A stretch of DNA of 52,966 bases from a virus (taxonomy: Duplodnaviria; Caudoviricetes), in the IMG/VR virus record IMGVR_UViG_3300025012_001675, positions 1-52,966 of that record; one strand, 5' to 3'. Of this stretch, positions 1 through 9,300 are shown piece by piece. Each line of letters starts with the position of its first letter. Positions within the stretch are counted from its first letter, which is position 1. The notes under the pieces were generated by a model, which saw only the letters and a list, made by a program, of their open reading frames with translations, was not told the origin of the DNA and did no database searches. Both the position numbers and the translations under genes were made by a program.

Positions 1-607
1 TTTTTACTGCCCGTTCAAATACTTGAGCGACCCAAGAAGGATCTACTTTGATATCTCGAACTTCTTCATTAAAATTTAACTTCTTATCAAATTTGCCAAC
101 GCTTTTATCAACGACAAAGAAAACAAAGTAGGCCTTATCGCTTACTTCGAATCCATTTTTATTCAATAGATAAGTGTAAACATCCATCTGCTTCTGGTAG
201 TCATCGTAGATGTGTGGTTCTTTTGATCCGGTAGATTTATAATCCACTACGGCAAGAGATCCATCGGCAAATTCTAGGATATCATCAACAGCACCATATA
301 GCATTGCATTTAAATCTTCATCAAAGTATTGAACACCCGTAAAATTATGCCGCCACTCCGGCAATTGCGAGCCGTTGAATAGCTTAGCATCAATTTTGTA
401 GTTAGAAAAAACTGGCGGTAATGTTCCTTCCTTGCGATAAATATCAAATTCTTGTTTAACCAAGAAATCCACGGCCGAAGCAAGAGTATACGGAAACGAT
501 GGTGGTCTTTTAACTTTGTGTTTGTTATCCAGCCAAAAACATCTTGGACATTCCAAGAATAGTTTTAATCCACTTCGAGAAACTTTGAATGATGAATTAA
601 TTACCAT
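1..607 (-). CDS. PD-(D/E)XK nuclease family protein (RecB-like), runs off the window edge
   Basis: Not in ORF track. Manual translation MVINSSFKVSRSGLKLFLECPRCFWLD...LYGAVDDIL...LAVVDYKSTG...YQKQMDVY shows the S-x-S...CP, G-x-x-D, DYK and QxxxY motifs. Confidence 0.8.
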   Translation of the reverse strand, partial: MVINSSFKVSRSGLKLFLECPRCFWLDNKHKVKRPPSFPYTLASAVDFLVKQEFDIYRKEGTLPPVFSNYKIDAKLFNGSQLPEWRHNFTGVQYFDEDLNAMLYGAVDDILEFADGSLAVVDYKSTGSKEPHIYDDYQKQMDVYTYLLNKNGFEVSDKAYFVFFVVDKSVGKFDKKLNFNEEVRDIKVDPSWVAQVFERAVK

Positions 608-657
608 AGATAGATAGTATCTTTATTTGTATCTTTCGGCAAATAAAAAAGGCCCGA

Positions 658-1995
658 CTATTCGGGCCCAAAGTAAACTTTAGCATAATTGAAACTCTGT
701 GGAGTAGAAAATAGTTTTCTTGCCATCCGTTTCACCTTATCAATATTTAGACTCTTGATCTTATCGACTCTGGTATGAAATTTCCTCAGATCCCAATCAC
801 CGTTAACTATATGACTAATGACCTCTTCAGCCAAGATATCAGTATAGCCCTTAAACATGGACGTCCAACTAGCATACTTCCTGTATTTTAAAGCCTCGAA
901 TAGAATAGGATCAATAAAGCCATCGAATATCCTGCGACATTGCCTAAGTATTTCAGCTTCGGCAATTTCGATGCCTCTCTTCGAGGAAGTGGCTGTCCAA
1001 AAATACATTAGACCATTGATAAACGAGATATTAACCACCGGGATAACTCGATAGGCACCTGTATAGAAATTGAAGTTGCCAGTTCTTAGGCTTTCAAACG
1101 ATTCAAAGGCAATAATATCGGCTACCATTTCGATCAGCTCGTCTCTTTGGACTAATTTTTCTGGGATCGGGAATCCCATGACTAAATAGTATCCGCTGAT
1201 TCTGGAATCAATTTTTTCCCTTTCCCTTGGTTCGGTTAAAATCGGAAAATTGTCAGAACCATCATAGCCAGCCACGGCCCTTTTCTCTCTAGTCCGGCCA
1301 CTCGTGCTATTATCGCCACTATTATCACTGGTAACCGTCCAGTCACCAATTAGACGACGCGCAAGCTCCATGGATTTACCATGACTGGGACCAAATATAT
1401 TAACGAAAGTTCTGTGGGGTACGAGCTTCTGCTTGAACAGCCTTCTTATGGCTGAAGTGTGATTAATTTTCATCAATTCATCTATCTCGGAATCAATTCT
1501 TCGATGCATGGGATTAGTTGTATACACTAGACGCATTAAAGCTAGTTCTAATTCCGAAACAATATCGTCAAGACCAAATATTCTTGTTTCAGTGTGAATT
1601 GCGGCCTTCTCACTTTGTAGACCGCTTTCTCTCATAAAAGGATTAATATAGGCCCCTGCCAATAGCGTAAGTATGGAAACCATGTCGCGAGCATCACACA
1701 ATAAACCATGGCCGAGTAAAAAGCTCAGCCAATCAATCCTGACATTTAGGTCGCTATCGGCTGCTTCGCCCCAGCCAGTTAATTTTCTAAGTTCAATATG
1801 CATTGCCCGAGCATTCATTTGAGGAGTCTCTCTGGCAATCATGTGTTCGCTAAGATGGACTAAGCCTGTTTTAAGTAATGGGTCATCAATAGCGCCTAGA
1901 TCTGTTCCTATGCCAGATACGAATGAAACCTTATCGCTCATACAATTGACCTGAACACCATTTGGTAGGTGCCCTATGGTCACTCGTCTATGCAT
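658..1995 (-). CDS. M16 (insulinase-like) zinc peptidase
   Basis: N-terminal LPNG and inverted zinc motif HLSEH (HxxEH); 445 aa. Confidence 0.75.
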   Translation of the reverse strand: MHRRVTIGHLPNGVQVNCMSDKVSFVSGIGTDLGAIDDPLLKTGLVHLSEHMIARETPQMNARAMHIELRKLTGWGEAADSDLNVRIDWLSFLLGHGLLCDARDMVSILTLLAGAYINPFMRESGLQSEKAAIHTETRIFGLDDIVSELELALMRLVYTTNPMHRRIDSEIDELMKINHTSAIRRLFKQKLVPHRTFVNIFGPSHGKSMELARRLIGDWTVTSDNSGDNSTSGRTREKRAVAGYDGSDNFPILTEPREREKIDSRISGYYLVMGFPIPEKLVQRDELIEMVADIIAFESFESLRTGNFNFYTGAYRVIPVVNISFINGLMYFWTATSSKRGIEIAEAEILRQCRRIFDGFIDPILFEALKYRKYASWTSMFKGYTDILAEEVISHIVNGDWDLRKFHTRVDKIKSLNIDKVKRMARKLFSTPQSFNYAKVYFGPE

Positions 1996-2054
1996 AGATA
2001 CTCCTTGTCAAACAACTATGGGTAAAAATACAGAAAAATAATCATTCGGTCAAC

Positions 2055-2088
2055 ATAAAACCGTCCCACCTAAGTGGAACGGTTTTAT
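2055..2088 (-). terminator. Intrinsic terminator after the deaminase/VOC units
   Basis: Minus strand ATAAAACCGTTCCAC-TTAG-GTGGGACGGTTTTAT; stem with one G-U pair and a U tail. Confidence 0.7.
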
Positions 2089-2116
2089 TATTTCTCATGA
2101 TATTTTTGGATTTATT
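2088..2116 (-). repeat. Degenerate SEC-C-end site, copy 1
   Basis: Minus strand AATAAATCCAAAAATATCATGAGAAATAA (ends K-Y-H-E-K-stop); similar to copies at 2623, 3029 and 52849. Confidence 0.55.
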
Positions 2117-2118
2117 CT

Positions 2119-2607
2119 TTATCCCGCATAAATATATTCGTATGATAGCCGATTATATTCATCTGTTGAATATTCGCATACTCCCTCTTCGTGCCAAAGC
2201 AGGAACTTATCTATTCCAGCATCTAACGCCATACGGCTACATACAGTACAATATGGCTTACCTGATTTCTTAATTTCTCCATTTTCATCCACTCGTGTGA
2301 AATAAAGTTTTGATCCTTCTATCTTTCTCGGATTTCGCTTCAATGTATCCATAATTGTTCGCCATTCGGCGTGCATGCAACATGTTCGATCGAAGTTTGG
2401 TTTTCCAGGACCAAATTCTTTATCGCACGTTCGGTTTTCTTCTTTGTCTAATGGGGGCGCATTATATCCTTGCCCGATCACTTCGCCATCTTTCACAATA
2501 ACCGTTCCACATTTGTCTTTAAGACATAAAGCATTCTTAGCAACTTCTGCTGCTCTGTTCATCCACGAAATCGCTTCTTTCTCTTTTTGATCTTTCAAAT
2601 ATTCCAT
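2119..2607 (-). CDS. dCMP/cytidine deaminase family protein
   Basis: Zn-deaminase motifs GYN, HAE and PYCxxC. Confidence 0.85.
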   Translation of the reverse strand: MEYLKDQKEKEAISWMNRAAEVAKNALCLKDKCGTVIVKDGEVIGQGYNAPPLDKEENRTCDKEFGPGKPNFDRTCCMHAEWRTIMDTLKRNPRKIEGSKLYFTRVDENGEIKKSGKPYCTVCSRMALDAGIDKFLLWHEEGVCEYSTDEYNRLSYEYIYAG

Positions 2608-2622
2608 AGTATTTACGCATTC

Positions 2623-2651
2623 CTACTTCTCATGACACTTTTCAACTTATT
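2623..2651 (-). repeat. Degenerate SEC-C-end site, copy 2
   Basis: Plus strand 2621-2640 TCCTACTTCTCATGACACTT is 19/20 identical to 52847-52866 TCCTACTTCCCATGACACTT; reads K-C-H-E-K-stop on minus. Confidence 0.75.
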
Positions 2652-2655
2652 ACTA

Positions 2656-3039
2656 TTACCGCAAGATTATTGATTTAGTTGCCACTTCAATAATATATCC
2701 ATCTGGATCTCTGAAATCTACGGTGTACGAGCTTCTATCGTTGTACTTCGATTCTAGGGGCCCTCGAATTATGTCTGCTTGAATTTTTAAGAGAAATCCA
2801 GCGACTTCATCTACGACATTCTGTGAAGCCACCAAAAAACATATGCGCCTTGGGCCTATAGTTTTTTCAGGCTTAACATTTTGTTCAACAAAGTATATTT
2901 TGGTTTCTCCGTTATTAAAAGCATTGGATTCAGTTTTATCCCATCCAATAAGTCCGAAGATTCTTTCATAAAACCCTATCGAACGCTCTAAATTAGAGAC
3001 CCAGAATTCTATATGTTTTATAGTCGCTTTATTTTCCAT
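2656..3039 (-). CDS. VOC/glyoxalase family protein
   Basis: IKHIEFWVSNLERSIGFY...FRDPDGYIIEV motifs; its ATG lies inside site copy 3. Confidence 0.85.
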   Translation of the reverse strand: MENKATIKHIEFWVSNLERSIGFYERIFGLIGWDKTESNAFNNGETKIYFVEQNVKPEKTIGPRRICFLVASQNVVDEVAGFLLKIQADIIRGPLESKYNDRSSYTVDFRDPDGYIIEVATKSIILR

Positions 3040-3076
3040 GACACTTTTTCCATTTCTTCTAGTGTAAAAAGTGCCA
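3029..3076. other. Left prophage junction (att site; SEC-C-end copy 3)
   Basis: Minus strand AAGAAATGGAAAAAGTGTCATGGAAAATAA (KKWKKCHGK*) is 24/30 identical to the right junction. Imperfect inverted arms 3039-3054 and 3061-3076 (13/16) surround a 6-bp spacer. Confidence 0.8.
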
Positions 3077-3217
3077 CAGGGGGTTCGGTGCTGGGGAAGC
3101 CACCCGTGCTTTGATTCTCGACTGCTCGTCTGCGAGGAGTCGCAACCGGCCCTTTTGCCTGTTGTGCTTTCCCCCTCGTAGACGAGTAGGCGTATTCGCT
3201 TTTCAATGATCCTATTG

Positions 3218-3454
3218 TCATTTTACTCGTCTGTCAGTTTTTGTCAACTTCTTGGAAGTGGATAAACTGTCGTGGTCTTTTACGGCCTCCCATACCCAAG
3301 TATGGCTTCGTTTGAAGCCATGTAATTCCTTGAGCATCTTCGCAACGGTGCGCGTGTCCAGCCCCTGCTGGTACAGGCGCACCGCTTTGTCTTTCATTTC
3401 CTGAACTTGTTTTTGTTTGAATGTTGATAGAGGCATAGTTGTGAATCCTTTCAC
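3218..3454 (-). CDS. Small HTH DNA-binding protein (possible excisionase/RDF)
   Basis: AVRLYQQGLDTRTVAKML...RSHTWVWEAV helix-turn-helix pattern; next to integrase and att. Start may be the ATG at 3436. Confidence 0.55.
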   Translation of the reverse strand: MKGFTTMPLSTFKQKQVQEMKDKAVRLYQQGLDTRTVAKMLKELHGFKRSHTWVWEAVKDHDSLSTSKKLTKTDRRVK

Positions 3455-3482
3455 TACTATTATATTCCCCTGTCAACTCCTG

Positions 3483-4601
3483 TCAAGTTACGTACTGTGG
3501 ATAAGGCACTTTAGTCTTGGATCGAGTTCGTTGCATGTAGAGCCCGTGCTTTGAGAAGTGCTCGGCCTGTCGCTGAAATTCATCGACGGTAATAGCTTCT
3601 TTGCCCTGGTTTTCGTTCCGGAGGAATGTGACCAGTCCTTGCAATGCATCATCGAATCCTGGGTCGCGTTCCCTTTCTCCGGCGAAGTCGTTTTTACTTT
3701 CCGTAAGGAAGAGGCGTGCGCGCTGTTCCAGCTCTTTACCGTGCATCATCGTGTAGATGGTCGTGCTTTGCACCGAAGCGTGGCCCAGAATATTCATGAC
3801 GTCTGCCGTCGATCCACCGCTCTTAATAATGTGATGTCCGCGGTGGTGCCGGAAGCTGTGGGCATTCATGTACGGCATTTTTGCTCTGTTGCAGTATCGT
3901 CGCAACATTTCGCCCACACCCTTAATCGAGAACCTGTCGCCACATTTCACGCTAGTCACCGATACGAAGAGTGCTCCCGGCTCTTCGAACTTCATGACTT
4001 TCGTAAGGTGATCTCGCTTCTTAAGCCAACGCACCAGATAGTCATTGGTATCGTCTGTCCAGAAGATCTCTCGGAATGGTCGGCGAGACTTTGCTTTCTC
4101 TGTTCGAATTATCGCTCTCTTTTCGTTCAGGTCTAGGTCATCCACGTTAAGGGAGCATACTTCTCCGTTTCGTGCTCCTGTGTCCCAAAGGAGGCCGAGA
4201 ATCGCTAGATTTCTAATGTGTCGTGGGTCGTTGGTGTCTTGCGGAATTGCCGCGACAAGCTGCTTATACTGTTCATCGCTCGCTACGCGAGGTAGTTTTG
4301 GTTCTTTGTCCGGGATCGGAATGAGTTCTTCGTCGATTACTTTGTAGCCTTGCAGCCGGTAGAATTCGAAGAATTTTCGGAGTGCCATGCACTTGCCGAC
4401 GAAGCTATTTCTGTCCCATCCGAGCTCTGCCATGCCATTCAGGTATTCCATCACGTTGCTCAGGGTGATGTGCTCAATGTCGGGGTTGCGGAGAAACAGG
4501 CAGAAGTTTCTCAGCTCGCGGTCGTAGCCGCGCACTGTTGTTTTTTTAACCTTGAACTGTCTCCAGTTCGAGAATTGATTTATTGCGTCTTTAGTTAGCA
4601 T
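3483..4601 (-). CDS. int: Tyrosine recombinase/integrase
   Basis: Catalytic R (TGARNGE), HSFRH, LGH and Y (STTIY), with an N-terminal SAM-like domain. Start set at MLTKD (4601); the longer track ORF runs through a structured leader. Confidence 0.92.
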   Translation of the reverse strand: MLTKDAINQFSNWRQFKVKKTTVRGYDRELRNFCLFLRNPDIEHITLSNVMEYLNGMAELGWDRNSFVGKCMALRKFFEFYRLQGYKVIDEELIPIPDKEPKLPRVASDEQYKQLVAAIPQDTNDPRHIRNLAILGLLWDTGARNGEVCSLNVDDLDLNEKRAIIRTEKAKSRRPFREIFWTDDTNDYLVRWLKKRDHLTKVMKFEEPGALFVSVTSVKCGDRFSIKGVGEMLRRYCNRAKMPYMNAHSFRHHRGHHIIKSGGSTADVMNILGHASVQSTTIYTMMHGKELEQRARLFLTESKNDFAGERERDPGFDDALQGLVTFLRNENQGKEAITVDEFQRQAEHFSKHGLYMQRTRSKTKVPYPQYVT

Positions 4602-4604
4602 ATA

Positions 4605-4810
4605 CACGAAACCCACCAGGATGCGACTCGTGGTGGGTTCGTGCCGTTTCCGTCCGCAGACCGAAGTCAGCGATCGGGACGCGAAGCGCCTTGCAAGGCG
4701 CGCATGCTTCAGTGTTATCCGGGTATCCCCGGCACATAAACCATGCAGAGCCATTTTAGCTCTTATGCGGCTTTCTGTCGAACCCCATTGTGTCGCATCC
4801 TCGACCTTGC
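4605..4810 (-). ncRNA. Highly structured 5' leader of integrase (candidate cis-regulatory RNA)
   Basis: Consecutive minus-strand hairpins with GCAA, UUCG and GAAA loops, and a stem CACGAACCCACCA...TGGTGGGTTTCGTG ending just before the ATG. Confidence 0.4.
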
Positions 4811-5053
4811 GGTCGATTGATCCCTATCGGGAACAATGAGATAGGTATTTTTAGTTAATGTGTTTGACGACAGACCAGTCGACACCAGTCTCCCGCTATG
4901 CCAAACGGAAAGATATTCCTTCGCGCCAAGGAAGTCAAACACGAAAGCCATAGTAATTGAATTTTATAAGTCATTGTCAGACAAGTCCAGATTTTGATCG
5001 CTTCAACCTTTATATTTTCATTATATTTTTATTTGTCAGACCAATTAAAACAC

Positions 5054-5080
5054 AAAAGCCCGGTGCGACGCCGGGCTTTT
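5054..5080 (-). terminator. Terminator after the lysis module
   Basis: AAAAGCCCGGTG-CGA-CGCCGGGCTTTT. Confidence 0.75.
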
Positions 5081-5095
5081 GATAAACTTTCGACT

Positions 5096-5272
5096 TTATT
5101 TTCCTGCAAACGGCTGTGTCGTATCTCCTTTATTGGAAAAGTAGAACGAGAAAGCCATTCCAGCAAGAAGCAAGAATTGATCGCCTGAAATTTTGCCCAA
5201 GAAGAGCGCGCCGATCGTTGCAAGGGCCATCAGGACGAATACAACTTTGCTCGCGGATTTAAGAATTTCCAT
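5096..5272 (-). CDS. Putative holin (58 aa, 2 TM)
   Basis: Not in ORF track. MEILKSASKVVFVLMALATIGALFLGKISGDQFLLLAGMAFSFYFSNKGDTTQPFAGK, directly after the endolysin. Confidence 0.7.
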   Translation of the reverse strand: MEILKSASKVVFVLMALATIGALFLGKISGDQFLLLAGMAFSFYFSNKGDTTQPFAGK

Positions 5273-5274
5273 AT

Positions 5275-5850
5275 TTATTTTAAGGAATTTTTTATTTGTG
5301 CGAGTCCTTCTTCAATTTTTCTCACTCCTTCTTCGACCTGCGAAGGATGTGGTGTTTGCTGACCACCGGCCAACGCGACGATCTCGTCAATTATTTTTTT
5401 GTCGCGTGCCGGGCAATTCGGCTTCTTCGAAAATATTTCGAAGTGGCCGACGATGTGATTGCGGTCAATTGGTATCTGCCATCGTTGGCAAATCTCGCGA
5501 ATCAATGCTGCACTCGACTGCTTCATCGCATCTGTCCAAACATCATCCGGCTTTCCTTCGTGCTCGATGCCAACCGTGTAAAGATTAGGATTAATGTTCG
5601 ACTTTATCAGTTTCCAGACCGGCGCATCTACCCGGCCCGCATGCCAGGCAGTATCTTCTTCTTTCACATACTGATGGACTTCACCGGTTCGTCCGATGCC
5701 GTAGTGCGAGCTCACTAACGAAGCTGGATTTGCGAACCACGAATCGGTGCCGACGAGCGTGCCATCCATAATGTGAATGACCACTCCTTCCGGTCGATAA
5801 CCTTTTCGTCCGGCCCAGAAGTTAGGAGACTTTTTTTGAATGATATTCAT
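5275..5850 (-). CDS. Endolysin, N-acetylmuramoyl-L-alanine amidase (Amidase_2)
   Basis: VVIH, SSHY, AWHAG, GIEHEG, GH...CP motifs. Confidence 0.9.
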   Translation of the reverse strand: MNIIQKKSPNFWAGRKGYRPEGVVIHIMDGTLVGTDSWFANPASLVSSHYGIGRTGEVHQYVKEEDTAWHAGRVDAPVWKLIKSNINPNLYTVGIEHEGKPDDVWTDAMKQSSAALIREICQRWQIPIDRNHIVGHFEIFSKKPNCPARDKKIIDEIVALAGGQQTPHPSQVEEGVRKIEEGLAQIKNSLK

Positions 5851-5854
5851 GGCG

Positions 5855-6082
5855 TTATTTATTAAGGGTAATTAGCAAGTTAAGCAAGGCCGCGATAAGC
5901 CCGCCGACCGAGGCTGTAGTGACAATCCAGAAAAACCGCTTGAGCCAATCGACATCGGTGCCTACCCGCGTCAGTTTCCCATCGATGTGGGGCAGATGGT
6001 TGTTCTTGATCTCGTCGACGCTTTTTTCGAGGTTGTCGAGCCTCTTGTCCTGTATTTGGTTTTGGTAATTTGGGTGTTCCAT
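5855..6082 (-). CDS. Coiled-coil protein with C-terminal TM (XhlA-like lysis accessory)
   Basis: 75 aa, C-terminal hydrophobic helix, located in the lysis module. Confidence 0.55.
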   Translation of the reverse strand: MEHPNYQNQIQDKRLDNLEKSVDEIKNNHLPHIDGKLTRVGTDVDWLKRFFWIVTTASVGGLIAALLNLLITLNK

Positions 6083-6129
6083 AACGGATTTGCTTTTTGA
6101 ACCAAGTGTAAGCTACAACACAAGGGTCT

Positions 6130-6303
6130 ATGTCTACAGCTCAAAAAAGATTATTTGCGCTAATCGCGGTGCTTGCGGTGGTGAGTCTCGGCATCGGGCT
6201 TTATCTATTGTTGAATTTCGACCCGATGGTGCGAGATGCTGTTCAGTCAGACAAGCTCCGGGAAATGCGCCAGCAAATTGAACCGAAGCCTTCATTACCG
6301 TAA
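6130..6303 (+). CDS. Small single-TM membrane protein (57 aa), opposite strand
   Basis: Not in ORF track. MSTAQKRLFALIAVLAVVSLGIGLYLLLNFDPMVRDAVQSDKLREMRQQIEPKPSLP fills the gap between minus-strand genes. Confidence 0.55.
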   Translation: MSTAQKRLFALIAVLAVVSLGIGLYLLLNFDPMVRDAVQSDKLREMRQQIEPKPSLP

Positions 6304-9300
6304 TCCCTGCCTCATATGCTTCAGGTCTGTCTGCTGAAGTTCCTCAGTCGGGAACATTTGTCCGATCGTTGCGAGCGGGTCTTCTTTGCCTGTGCGAATT
6401 GAGCGGAGACTGTCTTTCGTCAGCTTCAGATTAAGCTGGGGTGTTGTTCCTTTCCGCTCCGCTTCCCCGACTTGTTCGTCGTAAACCGACCTTTGCAGCC
6501 TGGCAATGTCTTGCGGCTGGAATGTCACCGACGAACTTATTTTTTGCGCTTCCTGCGGATCATCTTGGGCGAGGTATGGCAGGATGTCCGGCAATATCTT
6601 TTCCGCTGATGCGTTCCAGTTTTCAATGATTGCCGTCGCAGTTTTTATATCGTTCTCCTCAATCGCCCGCTTAGCCTGCTCGCGCGCGGTGCTGTATCCG
6701 ACCACCGCTTCGTCTTTCAGATTCCATGCTTGATTTCGCTTCTCGCCTCCGGCGGATCGGTAGAATCGGCTGGCGGTGCTTTGCAGAATTTTTGCCGGGT
6801 CTATTGCTTCACGGCCGAAACCTCCAAGGAGGCCGCCAAGCCCATAGGCCATCTTCATTGGCGAAACACCGAGCGCTCGACCTACGACCACCGCCGCCTG
6901 CGGTGTTTTTTCGTCGTACTGCTCGGTTGGCGAAACTTGTTCGAGGCGTCTAGGAACAATCGGGCCTCCGGTGAAGAATGATTGATTCGTAGCAAGTTCT
7001 ATTGGAGTACGCAGAATCGGAGGCATCGCTCCGGAAAGGAATTGGGTCACGGATAGCTCTCCATCACGCGTGAATGGGATCGGAGCCAGTTGACTCATCC
7101 ATTCCAATGCGAGCTTGCTGAAGTTGCTCGGCTCGCCTTTGCGGACATAGTCGAGGGCGTACTCGATCGGGTTATAGAAGATCTGCCCGACGTCGCCTTT
7201 GGGAATCAGCACCATCTTAGGCACGCGATTGCCTTGCTCGTCCTTTTCTTCACCGACAATGATTGGGAAATAGGTATCTTTGATCCAGCGAGGCACATCT
7301 TCATAGAGGTCTGGAAAATTCAGGGAGTTCCAGAAGTATGTCGTCACGCCTGGCGCAACGATCAATGCGCCCGCTTTTGCTGAGGCTTTGACGGGACTTT
7401 CTTTAAACACGCGGGCTGTGTTGAGCAGTGCCTGCCATCGCGCATTCACAAATGGCACCCACATATTTATGATTCGCATCTCTTGACCGGCTTTGGCAAA
7501 ATCAATCGTAGCGTTGCGGGCTTCAAATGCTGCCTCGAAGCCAGTTGCTCCCCCCTTCAGCGCGCGCTTGTACACTCCAAGGCGAGGCGCGAGTTCTATG
7601 GCTTCAGCGAAATTGCTTATAAGATTGAAGGGGTTGACGACCGCTTTGGTTCGTTTCCACCATGTTGGCTCAAACAATTGTTTCTTCACGCCGCTGATCT
7701 CGCGTGCCCCCTGAATGAATCCACCAAAACCTCCGCCATCGCGACTGAATTCTTCCAGCAGTTTTGAGTCCCAGCCAAATGCCCCTTTGAGACCTTGAGC
7801 AAAACCAGTGATCCAATCGGCCGGGTTGAAGCCGTACTTCGAAGTCATGACTGCCATCTGTGCATCACGCACGGCGTTGGAAAGCGAGAACGGTATATAT
7901 AGTGTGGTCGCTCCTTTCCTGAACGCACCGGAGGTAAACTTTACAAAGTTTCCCAGCATGCCAGCTTCGACCTCATTCATCTGATGCATTGCCCAAGAAA
8001 GCTCTTCGGGTACAACCCACTTCGTGTTCTTTCCATCCACGAATACGCTGATGGAACCCCAGCCTTTTGGTACACGCGCATCTTTGGCCAGAGGCTGTAT
8101 AAGCTCTTTGGCTTCCGGCAACACTTCACGGATGTTGATGAGTTTGCGGGCTACGTCGTTGCGCTTGGCAAGGTTTACCGCGTTCGATAGTTTGTCGATG
8201 ATTGCTTCAAATGGGTCGCGGATTATTTTTTCCGTACCTTCAAGGCCTTTAACGATACCTTGCTTGCTTACCGAGAAGATCTCGCCGCCTTTCGGCAGAC
8301 TGTCTACGAATGCGGAGTCCGGCAAATAATCGAGGACTTGGAACGGAATCCAGTGTTTATTTTTTACTACGATCGAATTGTATGCCTGCTTCGATATAAG
8401 TCCCGATTCTGCAGCTGGCCGGAGTATCGCTTCGTCTGCCCATTTCTGTATCGCTTGTTCTGCCGCTTCAAATTGTTTGAATATGCCAGGGCCAACTTTT
8501 GTTTTCAGTTCGTCCATAGCTTGCTTTGCTGTATCGGCCGTAACTCCGGCAGGATTGGCAAATCCACGCTCGGCTCGTTCAAGAGCTCGGCGCGACAAAA
8601 CAAAGCGCGTGAAGTCGGCGCGTTCTTTTCTCAATGGTGAGATGACTTTTTGTAGATCGTTTAAGAAAGACTCCACCGTCCCCATGCGTCCCGCGTACAT
8701 TCGCGCCGCGGTGTATGCACTTGAGTTAATATCGATGGGCTTTCCGGCCATGTCGCTCACCATTTCCTCGAACCGTTTGATTGGTGCAAAGCGATCGCTG
8801 AATGCTTCGGTGAATTTTTTCGGTGCGCCCTTTATCCACTCAAGTAAATTTTTTGGCGTGCTTGTTTTTCCAACCATGCCGTCAATGGCTTCCAACGCAC
8901 TCCCTTTCGGGGAATCCGGAACTCCTGATAACGGCACCTCGGTGGATATGCGAGGAGGGGTTGAGGGTGGAGGTGTTAGCTCGTCAGCCCTTGGTTTTGG
9001 CGGCGCTACTTTCTTTCCTGCCTTTATAACAGGGTGTCCTTTTGAATTGACACTATCCAATGCGCCTTCCGCCGCTGAAGTGCGATTGGTGGGTGTGCCT
9101 GCTTCAATCTCTTTGATCGCCTGTTCGCGGGCTTTTATAAATTCTTCGCCTTGATCCGATACCCCTTTGTCTTTTTTTGCCAGATCAATAAGCTCTGATT
9201 CTCTTTTTTCAATATCCTTTTTCATTAGACCCAATAATTCGTCGCCCTCTTTACCTTCAACTGCTATTTCTAATTTTCGCTTAAGCTCAGGCAAGGACAG

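Noticed and set aside
1-607. Cas4/CRISPR system
   Set aside because: Generic PD-(D/E)XK nuclease; no repeat-spacer array or other cas genes seen in the window.
2088-3058. Classical integron attC or Xer dif/pdif sites
   Set aside because: No RYYYAAC...GTTRRRY hairpins and no XerC/D consensus; the repeats instead encode the SEC-C terminus.
4605-4810. tRNA, tmRNA or hammerhead ribozyme near the integrase
   Set aside because: No cloverleaf with T-loop and CCA, and no CUGANGA core found.
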